Assembly: GCA_964343075.1 (NCBI GenBank)
Contig: CAYFGT010000003.1
Span: 25,104 to 89,103, forward strand
Reading direction: 5' to 3'
From: an uncultured Dehalococcoidia bacterium
GTDB taxonomy: Bacteria; Chloroflexota; Dehalococcoidia; Lucifugimonadales; UBA3495
DNA: 64,000 nt
Part shown: positions 41,903 through 51,377 of the stretch, one piece after another
Position numbering within the stretch: position 1 is the first letter of the stretch
Layout of the letters: every line of letters begins with the position of its first letter
Notes under the pieces: generated by a model
Databases searched by the model: none
The model's input: only the letters and a program-made list of their open reading frames with translations
What the model was told of the DNA's origin: nothing
Position numbers and translations under genes: made by a program

Positions 41903-43051
41903 ATGAGTATATCTAAACGATTCTTAGGCTTACTTGCATTGGTGATTATGGCGATTTCAATGCTTGGTTGTTTGGGAGGCAGTGAGACAGTGAAAATAGG
42001 TATGTTGAGCCCGCAAACCGGCCCAATAGCTCAATATGCACCTGGATTCGAAGATGCTGCAAAGATAGCCATTGCTGATCTAAACGCAGCTCACGAAGGT
42101 GATTTTGAGTTCGAATTAATCATGATGGATACCGGCTGCGATGGCACGCAAGCTGCTACTTCTGCTCAAACCTTGGTTGACAGTGGCGTATCAGCAATAG
42201 TTGGAGCAGCATGCTCTGGTGCTACTTTGGGAGCTATAGCTGTTGCGGCTCCTGCGGGTGTCCCCATGGTGTCCTACGCCAGCACGTCTCCGGCGGTGAC
42301 TACGGCAGAAGATAATGGACATTTGTTCAGAGTTGTTCCTAGCGATGCCCAGCAAGCAGTTGCACTAACTACAGTGGCATCGGCTGCAGGGGTATCCAAG
42401 CCTGCAGTTTTGTACATGACTAACGATTACGGAGCAGGTTTAGGAGACAATTTTGCATCTAATTGGTCTGGAGAAGTTTGCACATCGGTTGGATATGATC
42501 CTGCTGAAGGACGTTACGATGCCACTACTTTAGCTCAGTCTGTTATTGATGGTGGTTGTGATTCCGTTTTGTTGATGTCCTATGCTACAGATGGTGCTGC
42601 GATTATGGAAGCATTATCGGCTCAAGGATTTGATGGATCCGTGTTTGGAGCTGATGGAGTCGCAGATGCAACGTTTACTGATTCTTTCACTGATGCTTCT
42701 GCAGTAGACGGATTGATCGCTACCCGACCACGACCGGGTGAGGATTCTAGTGCGAAAGGAGATTTTGAGGCTGCATATGCTGCTGCAGGCGGCGCAGACG
42801 GAGCTATTTACACCGGTGAGACGTATGATGCTGTGTCCATAATTGGAGCTGCTATTGCAGGGAAAGGAGATGGTAGTATTATCGACTCTTTGAAATCTGT
42901 TGGTGTGAATTATGTTGGTGCTAGCGGTACTCACACTTTTGACGCTTCTGGAGACGTGCTAGGTACAGGGTATGAAGTATGTCAATTCGCAGGAAATGAT
43001 TTCTCATGTCCTAGGACTTGGACCGCTGATGAAGGTTTGTCGGGGAACTAG
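41903..43051 (+). CDS. ABC transporter substrate-binding lipoprotein (LivJ/type-I PBP, branched-chain amino acid/amide-like)
   Basis: Signal peptide with lipobox LGC. The mature part (VKIGMLSPQTGPIAQYAP...GAACSGATL...) has the typical Leu/Ile/Val-binding fold pattern. AGGAG RBS. Confidence 0.85.
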   Translation: MSISKRFLGLLALVIMAISMLGCLGGSETVKIGMLSPQTGPIAQYAPGFEDAAKIAIADLNAAHEGDFEFELIMMDTGCDGTQAATSAQTLVDSGVSAIVGAACSGATLGAIAVAAPAGVPMVSYASTSPAVTTAEDNGHLFRVVPSDAQQAVALTTVASAAGVSKPAVLYMTNDYGAGLGDNFASNWSGEVCTSVGYDPAEGRYDATTLAQSVIDGGCDSVLLMSYATDGAAIMEALSAQGFDGSVFGADGVADATFTDSFTDASAVDGLIATRPRPGEDSSAKGDFEAAYAAAGGADGAIYTGETYDAVSIIGAAIAGKGDGSIIDSLKSVGVNYVGASGTHTFDASGDVLGTGYEVCQFAGNDFSCPRTWTADEGLSGN

Positions 43052-43096
43052 ATTTAATCCATAAAGGTTAAATGGACTGAATCATTTTTATATGGA

Positions 43097-43131
43097 CGGC
43101 CTGCACACTTATATAAGTTGCAGGTCGTTTT
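43097..43131 (+). terminator. Intercistronic hairpin with a short T-run between the binding-protein and permease genes (partial terminator / mRNA stabiliser)
   Basis: CGGCCTGCA...TGCAGGTCG stem with one mismatch, enclosing the palindrome ACTTATATAAGT, followed by TTTT (43128-43131). Confidence 0.4.
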
Positions 43132-43136
43132 AATAT

Positions 43137-46052
43137 GTGCCTTTGGTCCTAGAGAGGATATCTGTTGAAAAGAAAGGAAATGTAGTGCAGGACTTGCCAA
43201 AACGATTGACCCTGAATAATCCTATACTACATAAACTATTGATCTGTTTGTTGGTGATCGTTGACGCCTATCTCGGCTTGATTTACGGCGTGGGTATTAT
43301 ACGCTGGAGCAACTTGTTTAGGAACGATATAGCGTTGTTGCTATTGGCAGGTGAAATGTTTATAGGAGGAATGCTATTCCTCCGCTTGATTTTGTCTCAG
43401 GCACAGGGCATTATTCGGACTGTAGCCCTGGTAATGATTCCATTATTGGTAATTGTGATAGGCCTGATTATTGTAGAAGTGTTATTAACAGGTCTAGGCA
43501 GGGTCGCTACAATAAATCTTAATTTGTCAGCCATTGGTCTCAGTGGTCTCTATTGGGCAGCAGTCTATTTGACCATAGGAATAGGCCTTACATTGACATA
43601 TAAAGTTCAAGGATTCGCAAATTTCGCACAGGCTGAAATGATGTTAATCGGGTCATATGTGGCACTTATAATGATGTGGTCAGATAAATTTTCGTTTTTG
43701 TCAGAGGCTCCTACAGATGGGGTTTTGAACTGGGAATTGTTGCTGTGGTCAAGCATATTTGCATTTGTAATTGCAGGTCTCGCCGGATACCTGATTGATC
43801 GACTAGTCTACAGAAAGTTACGGAATAGGAACGCTACTTTCCAAGTTATGATGATCGCTTCTTTAGGTGTTTCTATGGTTGTTAGAGCGCTGTTATTTGT
43901 TAGGTTTAGTGCGAATAACTTTCGTTTTGTACCCGATAAAGATTGGAGACTTACGACTTCGGTGATTGAAACTCCAACCCAGACACTCCAAATACATTTA
44001 GGAGATAGATTAAGTGGTGGGTTCATAGAGACTGTGCAGAATGTTGCTCCGTTTGGATTTTCTTTTTCCAAGGTTACTCTGGTTGTTGGCGTTATCGCAT
44101 GCTTGGTGTTTGTTTTAGGAATACTATATAAAACTCGACTGGGAAGGCAAATGAGAGCTGTAGGAGACAATCCTGGGTTAGCTGCTTCTAGCGGGATAAA
44201 TTTAGAGGGAATATACGGAAAAACATCTTTTTTGTCGGCGGGTACTGCGGGTCTGGGAGGTGCCTTTTTGGCAGCGATTCTTCCAATAAATCCGATGTTG
44301 GGCTTGGCATTACTTCTGCCGGCTTTCGCTGTCATAGTACTAGGAACGATTGGTTCCATTGCCGGCGTGATTTTCGGAGCGTTGATTGTTGGGCTTTTAC
44401 GGGCGTTGTCAGAACCATTATTGATAGGAGTAGGGAATTCTTTGGATCGTCCAACAGCTAGTGGATTTGCTGAAGTTGTTCCATTTGTATTTTTAGTGGG
44501 GCTATTGTTATTAGCTCCTAGAGGAATTGGCGCTGCGTTGCAGGAATGGAACATCAAACGCATTCGTAAGAGAGTTACAGCAGGGAGAACTAAATACCTG
44601 TTCCGGCCGTCCATTCCATCGCTACGAAATAATTTAGATCGATTAGGACTGGTCCAGATTCAATATGTATTTACGTATGTATCCAAGGTGCGGACTGTGA
44701 TCTGGTTCCTTCTAGATAGAATCACATATAGCCTATCCTGGATTCCAACAGGGGTTGGATTTAGTTTGCAATTTGCTCGGACTGGTATCCAGGCTGGAAT
44801 TAGATTTGTTTTCAGGATCAGCCGCTTTAAATGGAATATAGATCCCGAAACTCAGAAAGGTTCATGGATACTTTTTATTGTTTTAATGGTCATTTTGATA
44901 TGTATCGTATGGTTGCTTCCTAGTGTTACTGCTTTGACCAAAACTATGCAGATCGCTCGCATAGCTACTTTGCTGGGTATTTTTGGTTTGGCTTCATTTG
45001 CCTTGAATCTGCATACTGGGATTACGGGCATGACCAATTTTGGCGTGATATTTTTTATTGGGATTGGTGCTGTTACGGTTGGAATCCTATGTGCTCCTAT
45101 AGCTACAAATGGATACGGATGGTCTCCTTTGGCTGCGACATTGGTTGCTGTTACCGTTTCTGCTATAGCAGGATGGTTGCTTGCTTACCCTACCGCACGT
45201 TTAAGGATGGATTATTTTGCGATCGTTACTATTTCGCTCGGTGAAATGCTTCGAATATCATTGCAGGCAGAGCCGTTACTTAGGGCAGGCACTGTGACTT
45301 CTGCAATTGGCATTTCACAATATAGTATGCCGCTGGAAAAATGGTGGTCTTCAGGCCCTTCGAGTTATGTTGGTAACCTATTAGGTTTACCTGTTCCCGC
45401 TCCTTACGTAGTGTTACTGGCAGGGATAGCGATAACGTCCCTTGTAGGGGTGTGGCTCCTATTAGACACAGTGCTATCTTCTCCGTGGGGACGAATTTTG
45501 AGATCCATCAGAGAAGACGAAGTTGTTAGTCAACATCATGGCCATAATATCCTAATTCAGAAAGCTGCTAGTTTGGCTTTGGGGGCAGCAATAGCCGCGC
45601 TAGCAGGTGCCTTGTGGGCTTGGCTTAACACTAACATATGGCCTGATTTCATGAACCCTGTACGGACTACATTTTTGATCTGGGCTGCATACATTGTGGG
45701 TGGTAGGGGGAACAATAAAGGGATGATTGTTGGTGCGTTTGTGATAGTGATAGTCGAATTTTTGTTTAATATTCTGGTGGCTTCAAGAGGAGCTACTAGC
45801 ATGCCATTGCACGGTGTTACAAATTATGCTGATTCTATTTTTTCATGGCTTATGGTTAATGTTGGGGGATTGATATGGTCCAGTAAATCTTTAACCGAAA
45901 TATTCCCTAGAGGAGAGATTTTATTATCTCTGCCGCATGTGAAATTGGCTTTGGTAGGATTAGTGATAATCATAGCTTTGATTGCTGCATCGAAGGGGCT
46001 ATTGCCTGAAGTACCAAGTCGCCCAAATCGTATCAAAAAGACTGAGAAATGA
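43137..46052 (+). CDS. Fused branched-chain-amino-acid-type ABC permease (N-terminal TM extension + LivH-like domain + linker + LivM-like domain)
   Basis: One 971-aa ORF. The LivH-type block is GLTLTYKVQGFANFAQAEMMLIGSYVA. The LivM-type block is ALNLHTGITGMTNFGVIFFIGIGAV...GGRGNNKGMIVGA. No stop or frameshift separates them. Confidence 0.8.
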   Translation: MPLVLERISVEKKGNVVQDLPKRLTLNNPILHKLLICLLVIVDAYLGLIYGVGIIRWSNLFRNDIALLLLAGEMFIGGMLFLRLILSQAQGIIRTVALVMIPLLVIVIGLIIVEVLLTGLGRVATINLNLSAIGLSGLYWAAVYLTIGIGLTLTYKVQGFANFAQAEMMLIGSYVALIMMWSDKFSFLSEAPTDGVLNWELLLWSSIFAFVIAGLAGYLIDRLVYRKLRNRNATFQVMMIASLGVSMVVRALLFVRFSANNFRFVPDKDWRLTTSVIETPTQTLQIHLGDRLSGGFIETVQNVAPFGFSFSKVTLVVGVIACLVFVLGILYKTRLGRQMRAVGDNPGLAASSGINLEGIYGKTSFLSAGTAGLGGAFLAAILPINPMLGLALLLPAFAVIVLGTIGSIAGVIFGALIVGLLRALSEPLLIGVGNSLDRPTASGFAEVVPFVFLVGLLLLAPRGIGAALQEWNIKRIRKRVTAGRTKYLFRPSIPSLRNNLDRLGLVQIQYVFTYVSKVRTVIWFLLDRITYSLSWIPTGVGFSLQFARTGIQAGIRFVFRISRFKWNIDPETQKGSWILFIVLMVILICIVWLLPSVTALTKTMQIARIATLLGIFGLASFALNLHTGITGMTNFGVIFFIGIGAVTVGILCAPIATNGYGWSPLAATLVAVTVSAIAGWLLAYPTARLRMDYFAIVTISLGEMLRISLQAEPLLRAGTVTSAIGISQYSMPLEKWWSSGPSSYVGNLLGLPVPAPYVVLLAGIAITSLVGVWLLLDTVLSSPWGRILRSIREDEVVSQHHGHNILIQKAASLALGAAIAALAGALWAWLNTNIWPDFMNPVRTTFLIWAAYIVGGRGNNKGMIVGAFVIVIVEFLFNILVASRGATSMPLHGVTNYADSIFSWLMVNVGGLIWSSKSLTEIFPRGEILLSLPHVKLALVGLVIIIALIAASKGLLPEVPSRPNRIKKTEK

Positions 46053-46834
46053 AACCTATGAGAGTGAACGCATTAAAAGTTACTAATTTAGTAAAAGACT
46101 TTGGAGGATTGACCGCAGTCGATAACATATCTTTTGAAGTGCCTTTAGGGTCTATGGTAGGACTAATAGGTCCTAACGGGTGCGGGAAATCTACCACCTT
46201 CAACTGCATTTCTGGGATGTTGAACGTTACTTCAGGTGAAATAGAGGTTTTAGGGCACACGACCACAGGTAAACGACCTGACGAAATTCAGAAACTAGGG
46301 CTCACTAGAACTTTCCAACACACCAGGCTTTGGAGAGATATGACAGTGATTGAGAATTTGTTGGTGCCTGCGAGAAATCAATTTCACCCTAATGTTTTGT
46401 GGTCTTTACTCAAACCTAAATCCAGACCGGCCGAAAGTCGAAGAGTGAAACAAGCATACGATATATTAGACTTACTTGAAGTTGGGCATATCGCGCATAA
46501 TTTAGCTAGCGAATTGTCTGGAGGCCAAAGTAAATTAGTTGATATAGGTAGAGCTTTGATGAGTGAACCAAAATTTTTGCTGCTGGACGAGCCTGTTGCT
46601 GGAGTAGCTGGACCTTTGGCGGAAAAAATTTTCAATAACTTGAAGAGTTTGAGTAGGGATAAAGGCATCGGGATGTTAATCATAGAGCATAATATGGAAT
46701 TTATATTGCGGAGAGGCGTGGATCATATAATAGTTATGGACAATGGTGCCGTATTAGCTGAAGGGACCCCTGATCAAATCCGAGAAAGAGACGATGTTGT
46801 GGAAGCTTATTTGGGTACGGGAGCGAGAACTTAG
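46049..46834 (+). CDS. ABC transporter ATP-binding protein (LivG-like)
   Basis: Walker A GPNGCGKST, signature LSGGQSKLVDIGRAL, Walker B LLLDEP; 4-nt overlap with the permease. Confidence 0.9.
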   Translation: MKPMRVNALKVTNLVKDFGGLTAVDNISFEVPLGSMVGLIGPNGCGKSTTFNCISGMLNVTSGEIEVLGHTTTGKRPDEIQKLGLTRTFQHTRLWRDMTVIENLLVPARNQFHPNVLWSLLKPKSRPAESRRVKQAYDILDLLEVGHIAHNLASELSGGQSKLVDIGRALMSEPKFLLLDEPVAGVAGPLAEKIFNNLKSLSRDKGIGMLIIEHNMEFILRRGVDHIIVMDNGAVLAEGTPDQIRERDDVVEAYLGTGART

Positions 46835-46835
46835 T

Positions 46836-47552
46836 ATGGATTACGTTTTACAAACGTCGGAGGTAGAGGGCGGATACGATAGAGTGAAAGTATTGAATGG
46901 AATCGATCTCTATGTAAGTAAAGGTGAATTTGTAACGATTATAGGTCCTAATGGATGCGGGAAATCTACGTTTCTCAAAGTTTTATTTGGACTGGCGACA
47001 CATTACTCTGGAGAAATTACATACGAAGGACAAAACGTTTCAGGATGGCGCACCGATGAATTGGTGAACTTAGGAATATCATATGTACCTCAAGTAGAGA
47101 ATGTATTTCCATCGTTATCAGTAGCAGAAAACTTGCAGATGGGTGGAATCAATCTGAATGCTGCTAAAACAAGAAATGGGATAGATAGAGCCATTGCAAT
47201 GTTTCCAGAATTGGGTTCAAGGATGAACGATGTTGCTGCCTCTCTGTCCGGAGGGGAGAGGCAAATGCTTGCTATCTCTAGGGCGTTAATGTCGGAACCG
47301 TCATTTATCATGCTGGACGAACCTACTGCAGCTTTATCTCCAAGGTACCAACAGCAAATTATCAAAAATATCAATGAGCTCCGTTCTCAAGGGATTTCTA
47401 TTTTGTTAGTAGAACAGAATGCTCGTTTATCTTTGGAACAATCCGATAGAGGTTACGTATTTGCAGGCGGCAGAGTTGTATATACCGGTGGTGCTCGTTC
47501 GATTCTTGAGAACCCAGACCTAGGGAATTACTTTCTAGGGGTTCAAGACTAG
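46836..47552 (+). CDS. ABC transporter ATP-binding protein (LivF-like)
   Basis: GPNGCGKST, LSGGERQMLAISRAL, IMLDEP. The start was moved to ATG 46836, 1 nt after the LivG-like stop (the track gives 46794). Confidence 0.9.
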   Translation: MDYVLQTSEVEGGYDRVKVLNGIDLYVSKGEFVTIIGPNGCGKSTFLKVLFGLATHYSGEITYEGQNVSGWRTDELVNLGISYVPQVENVFPSLSVAENLQMGGINLNAAKTRNGIDRAIAMFPELGSRMNDVAASLSGGERQMLAISRALMSEPSFIMLDEPTAALSPRYQQQIIKNINELRSQGISILLVEQNARLSLEQSDRGYVFAGGRVVYTGGARSILENPDLGNYFLGVQD

Positions 47553-47598
47553 AGAGTAAAATGCTATTATCACAGAGAGAAAATGTAGGAGCAATGAT

Positions 47599-47949
47599 AT
47601 GCAAGTGGTAAGAATTTATTCCGGCGAAGACGGAGAGTCTCATTTTGAGGAAATCGATTTGCCGTATGAGGCAATTTCAGGTGCAGAAAGGACGGCACTC
47701 CAATCTGCTTCTAGTATCCATTTTAGAAGATATCAGCCAGGGAATTTCCTGGATTTCCATGTAGCGCCTAGAAGGCAATATGTGATTACTTTAGCAGGGC
47801 AGGCCGAGATTGGTTTAGGTGATGGTACTAAGAGAATTTTTAATGCTGGAGACGTTTTGCTTGCTGACGATTTGACAGGACGAGGTCATACTACTGCCGC
47901 AGTTGGAGATACTCCACGGGTGTCTATAGCAATTCCTTTAGAGGACTAG
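47599..47949 (+). CDS. Small cupin-like protein
   Basis: 116 aa. The beta-rich pattern ...FHVAPRRQYVITLAGQAEIGLGDG...AGDVLLADD..GRGH resembles single-domain cupins. AGGAG RBS. Confidence 0.55.
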   Translation: MQVVRIYSGEDGESHFEEIDLPYEAISGAERTALQSASSIHFRRYQPGNFLDFHVAPRRQYVITLAGQAEIGLGDGTKRIFNAGDVLLADDLTGRGHTTAAVGDTPRVSIAIPLED

Positions 47950-47950
47950 A

Positions 47951-48751
47951 ATGCCTTCCATAAAAATCGACGAACATCTTGAAATGTTCTATGAAGATCA
48001 GGACTTTAGTAGCCCTTGGGAAGAGTCTGAAATTATATTAATGCATCACGGAAATGCAAAAAACAGCCAATTTTGGTTCGGATGGTTGCCAACTCTAACT
48101 AATAGGTACCGAGTGATTAGGGTGGACGGTCGAGGGTTCGGACAAAGCTCAATACCTCCTAAAGGATACAAATGGTCTCTGGAACAGTTTGCTACCGATT
48201 CTAAGAAACTTCTCGATCAATTGGGAATTGCTCAAGTGCACTTCATAGGCGAAACAATTGGCGGGAGTATAGGAATGGTGTTCGCTGAGCAATTCCCACA
48301 CATGGTCAAATCTTTGACGGTGTGTACTTCCCCTTATAATTTTGCCGCTGTTGACACTTATAAAACCTATAAAGACCTGGTGGAGACAGAAGGAGTGAGA
48401 GCTTGGGTGGAACAGACTTCTTCACAACGACTGCCTGGCAAGAGCGAAGACCATAATCGATGGTATATTGATCAAATGGCTAATACTTCTAAACAGGTAG
48501 TAGTGGAAACGCTAGAATATCTCTCTACTGTTGACTTAACAGACCGTTTGCATAAAATCGAATGCCCGACCTTAGTGTTGGTAGGAGCTGAAAGTGCAAT
48601 GAATACAGGTGGCCGAGTTGATAGTTTATCTCAACTGATTCCAAATTGTCAGATATCGAAAGTGCAGGGAGCGAATGGTTATGTTCAACATTCCGAACCT
48701 GAACAATGTGCCAAGGAATGGATGAGGTTTGTACAAAGTCTAAAAGGATAA
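47951..48751 (+). CDS. Alpha/beta-hydrolase fold protein (nucleophile elbow reads G-E-T-I-G)
   Basis: ILMHHGNA...RVIRVDGRGFGQS...VHFIGETIGGSIGM... has the typical alpha/beta-hydrolase order, but Thr occupies the usual Ser position. Confidence 0.75.
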   Translation: MPSIKIDEHLEMFYEDQDFSSPWEESEIILMHHGNAKNSQFWFGWLPTLTNRYRVIRVDGRGFGQSSIPPKGYKWSLEQFATDSKKLLDQLGIAQVHFIGETIGGSIGMVFAEQFPHMVKSLTVCTSPYNFAAVDTYKTYKDLVETEGVRAWVEQTSSQRLPGKSEDHNRWYIDQMANTSKQVVVETLEYLSTVDLTDRLHKIECPTLVLVGAESAMNTGGRVDSLSQLIPNCQISKVQGANGYVQHSEPEQCAKEWMRFVQSLKG

Positions 48752-48769
48752 AAACTCATCGAATAATAA

Positions 48770-51343
48770 ATGACTAGATACAAGGATTTACTTGGTTCGA
48801 TTCTTGTCGACCGATGGAATACTCGAGTTATACTAACGGTAATTGCCCTTTTAACATTTGTCTTTGGAGTATGCTGGTGGCTTATGGAAGATGGAGATTT
48901 ATCTTCATGGGATCCACCTGGGCCTGACGTTGAACTTCAGTACCAAATAGACAATACTTTCCCCCAAAGAAATCACGTTGTAGCGTTTATATTAGAAAGT
49001 CGGACAGGTGATATTTTCGAACCATCTGTTCTTAGAAGTTTGTATGATAATGAACTTGCCTTAAGAAAAGCATATGGTGGATATTTAATTGATCAGTATG
49101 ATGTTGTGAATGATCGACAAATATTAGGTATTTTTACTATTGCAGACGCGGTGCAAAAAACACTCCGGGCTTCTGGTAGAGCGATAGATATATATAACGC
49201 AACCGAAAAAGATATAAACGATGCCATATCCGAAATTTTGTCGAATGATATCGGAGGTGAGTTAATAACCTCAATGGCTTCGGACCTGAGAGTTGTTGAA
49301 GAATTGTCTGGAGAATCCCGTTGGGTAGCGTCGGCTATGACGATATTTGTCAGCTTAGACAATGAGAAATTGGGGGGAGGCCGTTCTACATTCAGCCTTA
49401 CTTCAGATCCTAGAATCTTGCAGAAAGAATCTATTAATCGCGATATTCAGACTATCTTGAGAGGAAACCAAGATCACTACGACTTATGGGGCCTTGCTAT
49501 TGACACTAATCTGGAGGCAATGGACGAAGGACAAAAATCTATTCCGTACGTTTTTATTGCAATCATATTGGTGACTGCTGTAGCCGCTCTGTCATTGCGT
49601 TCATGGATTGCATTTTTTGTGATAGGGTTGGGATTGTTTACGCTACTTGTTTGGCTGGAAGGTATTTCACACATACTTGCTCTGAAGCAATCAGTCACAA
49701 CAGACTTGATTGTTCCCATTGCAATGGTGTCTTTAGGAGTAGATTTTTTCATTCACTCGGTGAGTAGATATCAAGAAAGTCGTGCGGAGGGCCTAGGTTC
49801 ACGAATAGCATTGGCTTCCGCGATTGTTGGTATATCTGGTGCATTAACACTCGCCATGCTGTCTGACGGAATAGCTTTTTTGGCTAATCTGACCTCTAAT
49901 ATCGATGCTATAGTCGGATTTGGTTTGTCCGCAGGGATAGCAGTGATTGCATCTTATTTGATTATGGGATGGGTAATGCCTGTAGTATTACTGGAAATAG
50001 AAGAAATTATGCCGGGACGAGAACTTAACAAACGTCCCATTAAACATATATACCGTGAATCTTTTTTATCTATTATCACCCGAATAGAAGACTTCAGTCT
50101 AAACTTTGCTATGCTTCTGTCTAAGAAACCATTCACCGTTGTTGTGGTATGCGGAGGTTTAACTAGCGCATGTTTCTTGGTTTCATTAAATATTCAACCT
50201 GAATTTGATATTAAGGATTTTTTTTCTTACGAGAGTGATTTGGTCCAAGGCCTCGATAAATTGGATTACCACATGGATGGTGAACTTTTAGGAGAGCCGA
50301 TATTCTTGCTGGTAAAAATTGACGCTAGATCTTCTGAATGGCTGGGTGAGTTAAAAGCATTAAATCAAAATCTGTCAAAATCGGAGTTTCTAACTAAAGA
50401 TCCCGACGGAGATTTATTCCTATACCTGCCTTCGCTGGATTCGATAATGGATAGGTTTGCAGAAACGAGGTACGCTATTCGTGATTTTGGTTACCGGACT
50501 GATGAACAACTCTCCGGTGCGAATATTTTGGAACAAGGAATCTTCTCATTAGGAAAGTCAAAAGAATTATTAATGTATTTATATGAAAACGGAGTTCAGA
50601 CACGAACCGAGGTATATTATTTTGAGCCGAGTCAAATCCAAGAGATGTTGCAGCAATCTGAAGTTAATAAAAATGAGTTTCTTGTTTTGATTAGTGTTGG
50701 TGCGTTAGGCACTAGGGAGCAAAGTCAAGTGCCAGAAATAAGAACTGACATTGAAGAAATTATTCAGCAATCCGACAATGAGTTAGGCTTGCAGGTGATA
50801 GGAGTAACTGGCTCACCGTTCATTCGTAACGCTACGTTGGCACATACGACTGGCTTAATGAAAATATCTGTTCCTGTTGCAATAATGGCTTGTTTTTTGA
50901 TGTTAGTGTTATGGATGCGTTCTATTCTGTTCGCTGTTGCTACAGTGATACCAGTAGGGTGTGCTGTGTTCTGGATATTGGCATTTATGGTTGTGGCCGG
51001 CCTTAATGTTAATTTTGTTACCGCGACTATTGCTTCGGTCACCATAGGGGTAGGGATTGATTTCTCTATTCATATCACGCAGAGATTTAGGCAAGAATTG
51101 AGAAAAGAGAAGCCATTAGATATGGCGTTGGAACATACTATCAGAGGAACAGGAAAAGCATTGTTTGGGTCCGCTTTGTCAAGCATGATCGGATTCAGTG
51201 TGTTATTGCTGGCCCCTATGCCAATTATTGCTACTTATGGACTTTTGACGTCCATTATGATCCTGATAGCGATGGCTGGGGCGTTATTGATGCTCCCTAG
51301 TATTCTGTTAATCATCAGTCTGAAAACGAATAGGTCGGAGTGA
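48770..51343 (+). CDS. RND-superfamily / MMPL-type exporter
   Basis: 857 aa with two hydrophobic 5-6-TM bundles, each preceded by a large soluble loop. The layout is typical of MMPL/HpnN-like RND proteins. Confidence 0.7.
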   Translation: MTRYKDLLGSILVDRWNTRVILTVIALLTFVFGVCWWLMEDGDLSSWDPPGPDVELQYQIDNTFPQRNHVVAFILESRTGDIFEPSVLRSLYDNELALRKAYGGYLIDQYDVVNDRQILGIFTIADAVQKTLRASGRAIDIYNATEKDINDAISEILSNDIGGELITSMASDLRVVEELSGESRWVASAMTIFVSLDNEKLGGGRSTFSLTSDPRILQKESINRDIQTILRGNQDHYDLWGLAIDTNLEAMDEGQKSIPYVFIAIILVTAVAALSLRSWIAFFVIGLGLFTLLVWLEGISHILALKQSVTTDLIVPIAMVSLGVDFFIHSVSRYQESRAEGLGSRIALASAIVGISGALTLAMLSDGIAFLANLTSNIDAIVGFGLSAGIAVIASYLIMGWVMPVVLLEIEEIMPGRELNKRPIKHIYRESFLSIITRIEDFSLNFAMLLSKKPFTVVVVCGGLTSACFLVSLNIQPEFDIKDFFSYESDLVQGLDKLDYHMDGELLGEPIFLLVKIDARSSEWLGELKALNQNLSKSEFLTKDPDGDLFLYLPSLDSIMDRFAETRYAIRDFGYRTDEQLSGANILEQGIFSLGKSKELLMYLYENGVQTRTEVYYFEPSQIQEMLQQSEVNKNEFLVLISVGALGTREQSQVPEIRTDIEEIIQQSDNELGLQVIGVTGSPFIRNATLAHTTGLMKISVPVAIMACFLMLVLWMRSILFAVATVIPVGCAVFWILAFMVVAGLNVNFVTATIASVTIGVGIDFSIHITQRFRQELRKEKPLDMALEHTIRGTGKALFGSALSSMIGFSVLLLAPMPIIATYGLLTSIMILIAMAGALLMLPSILLIISLKTNRSE

Positions 51344-51377
51344 TATAATGCAATGAACCTTCAGGAGGATGGTCATA

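Noticed and set aside
43808-44614. A 268-aa minus-strand ORF, together with other long antisense ORFs (for example 34880-35248, 35828-36223, 42614-42934 and 30340-30657)
   Set aside because: These lie entirely antisense to strongly supported genes (Liv permease, carB, SBP, pyrC). Their translations are low-complexity or biased with no motifs, and they lack RBSs. Such ORFs are typical shadow ORFs.
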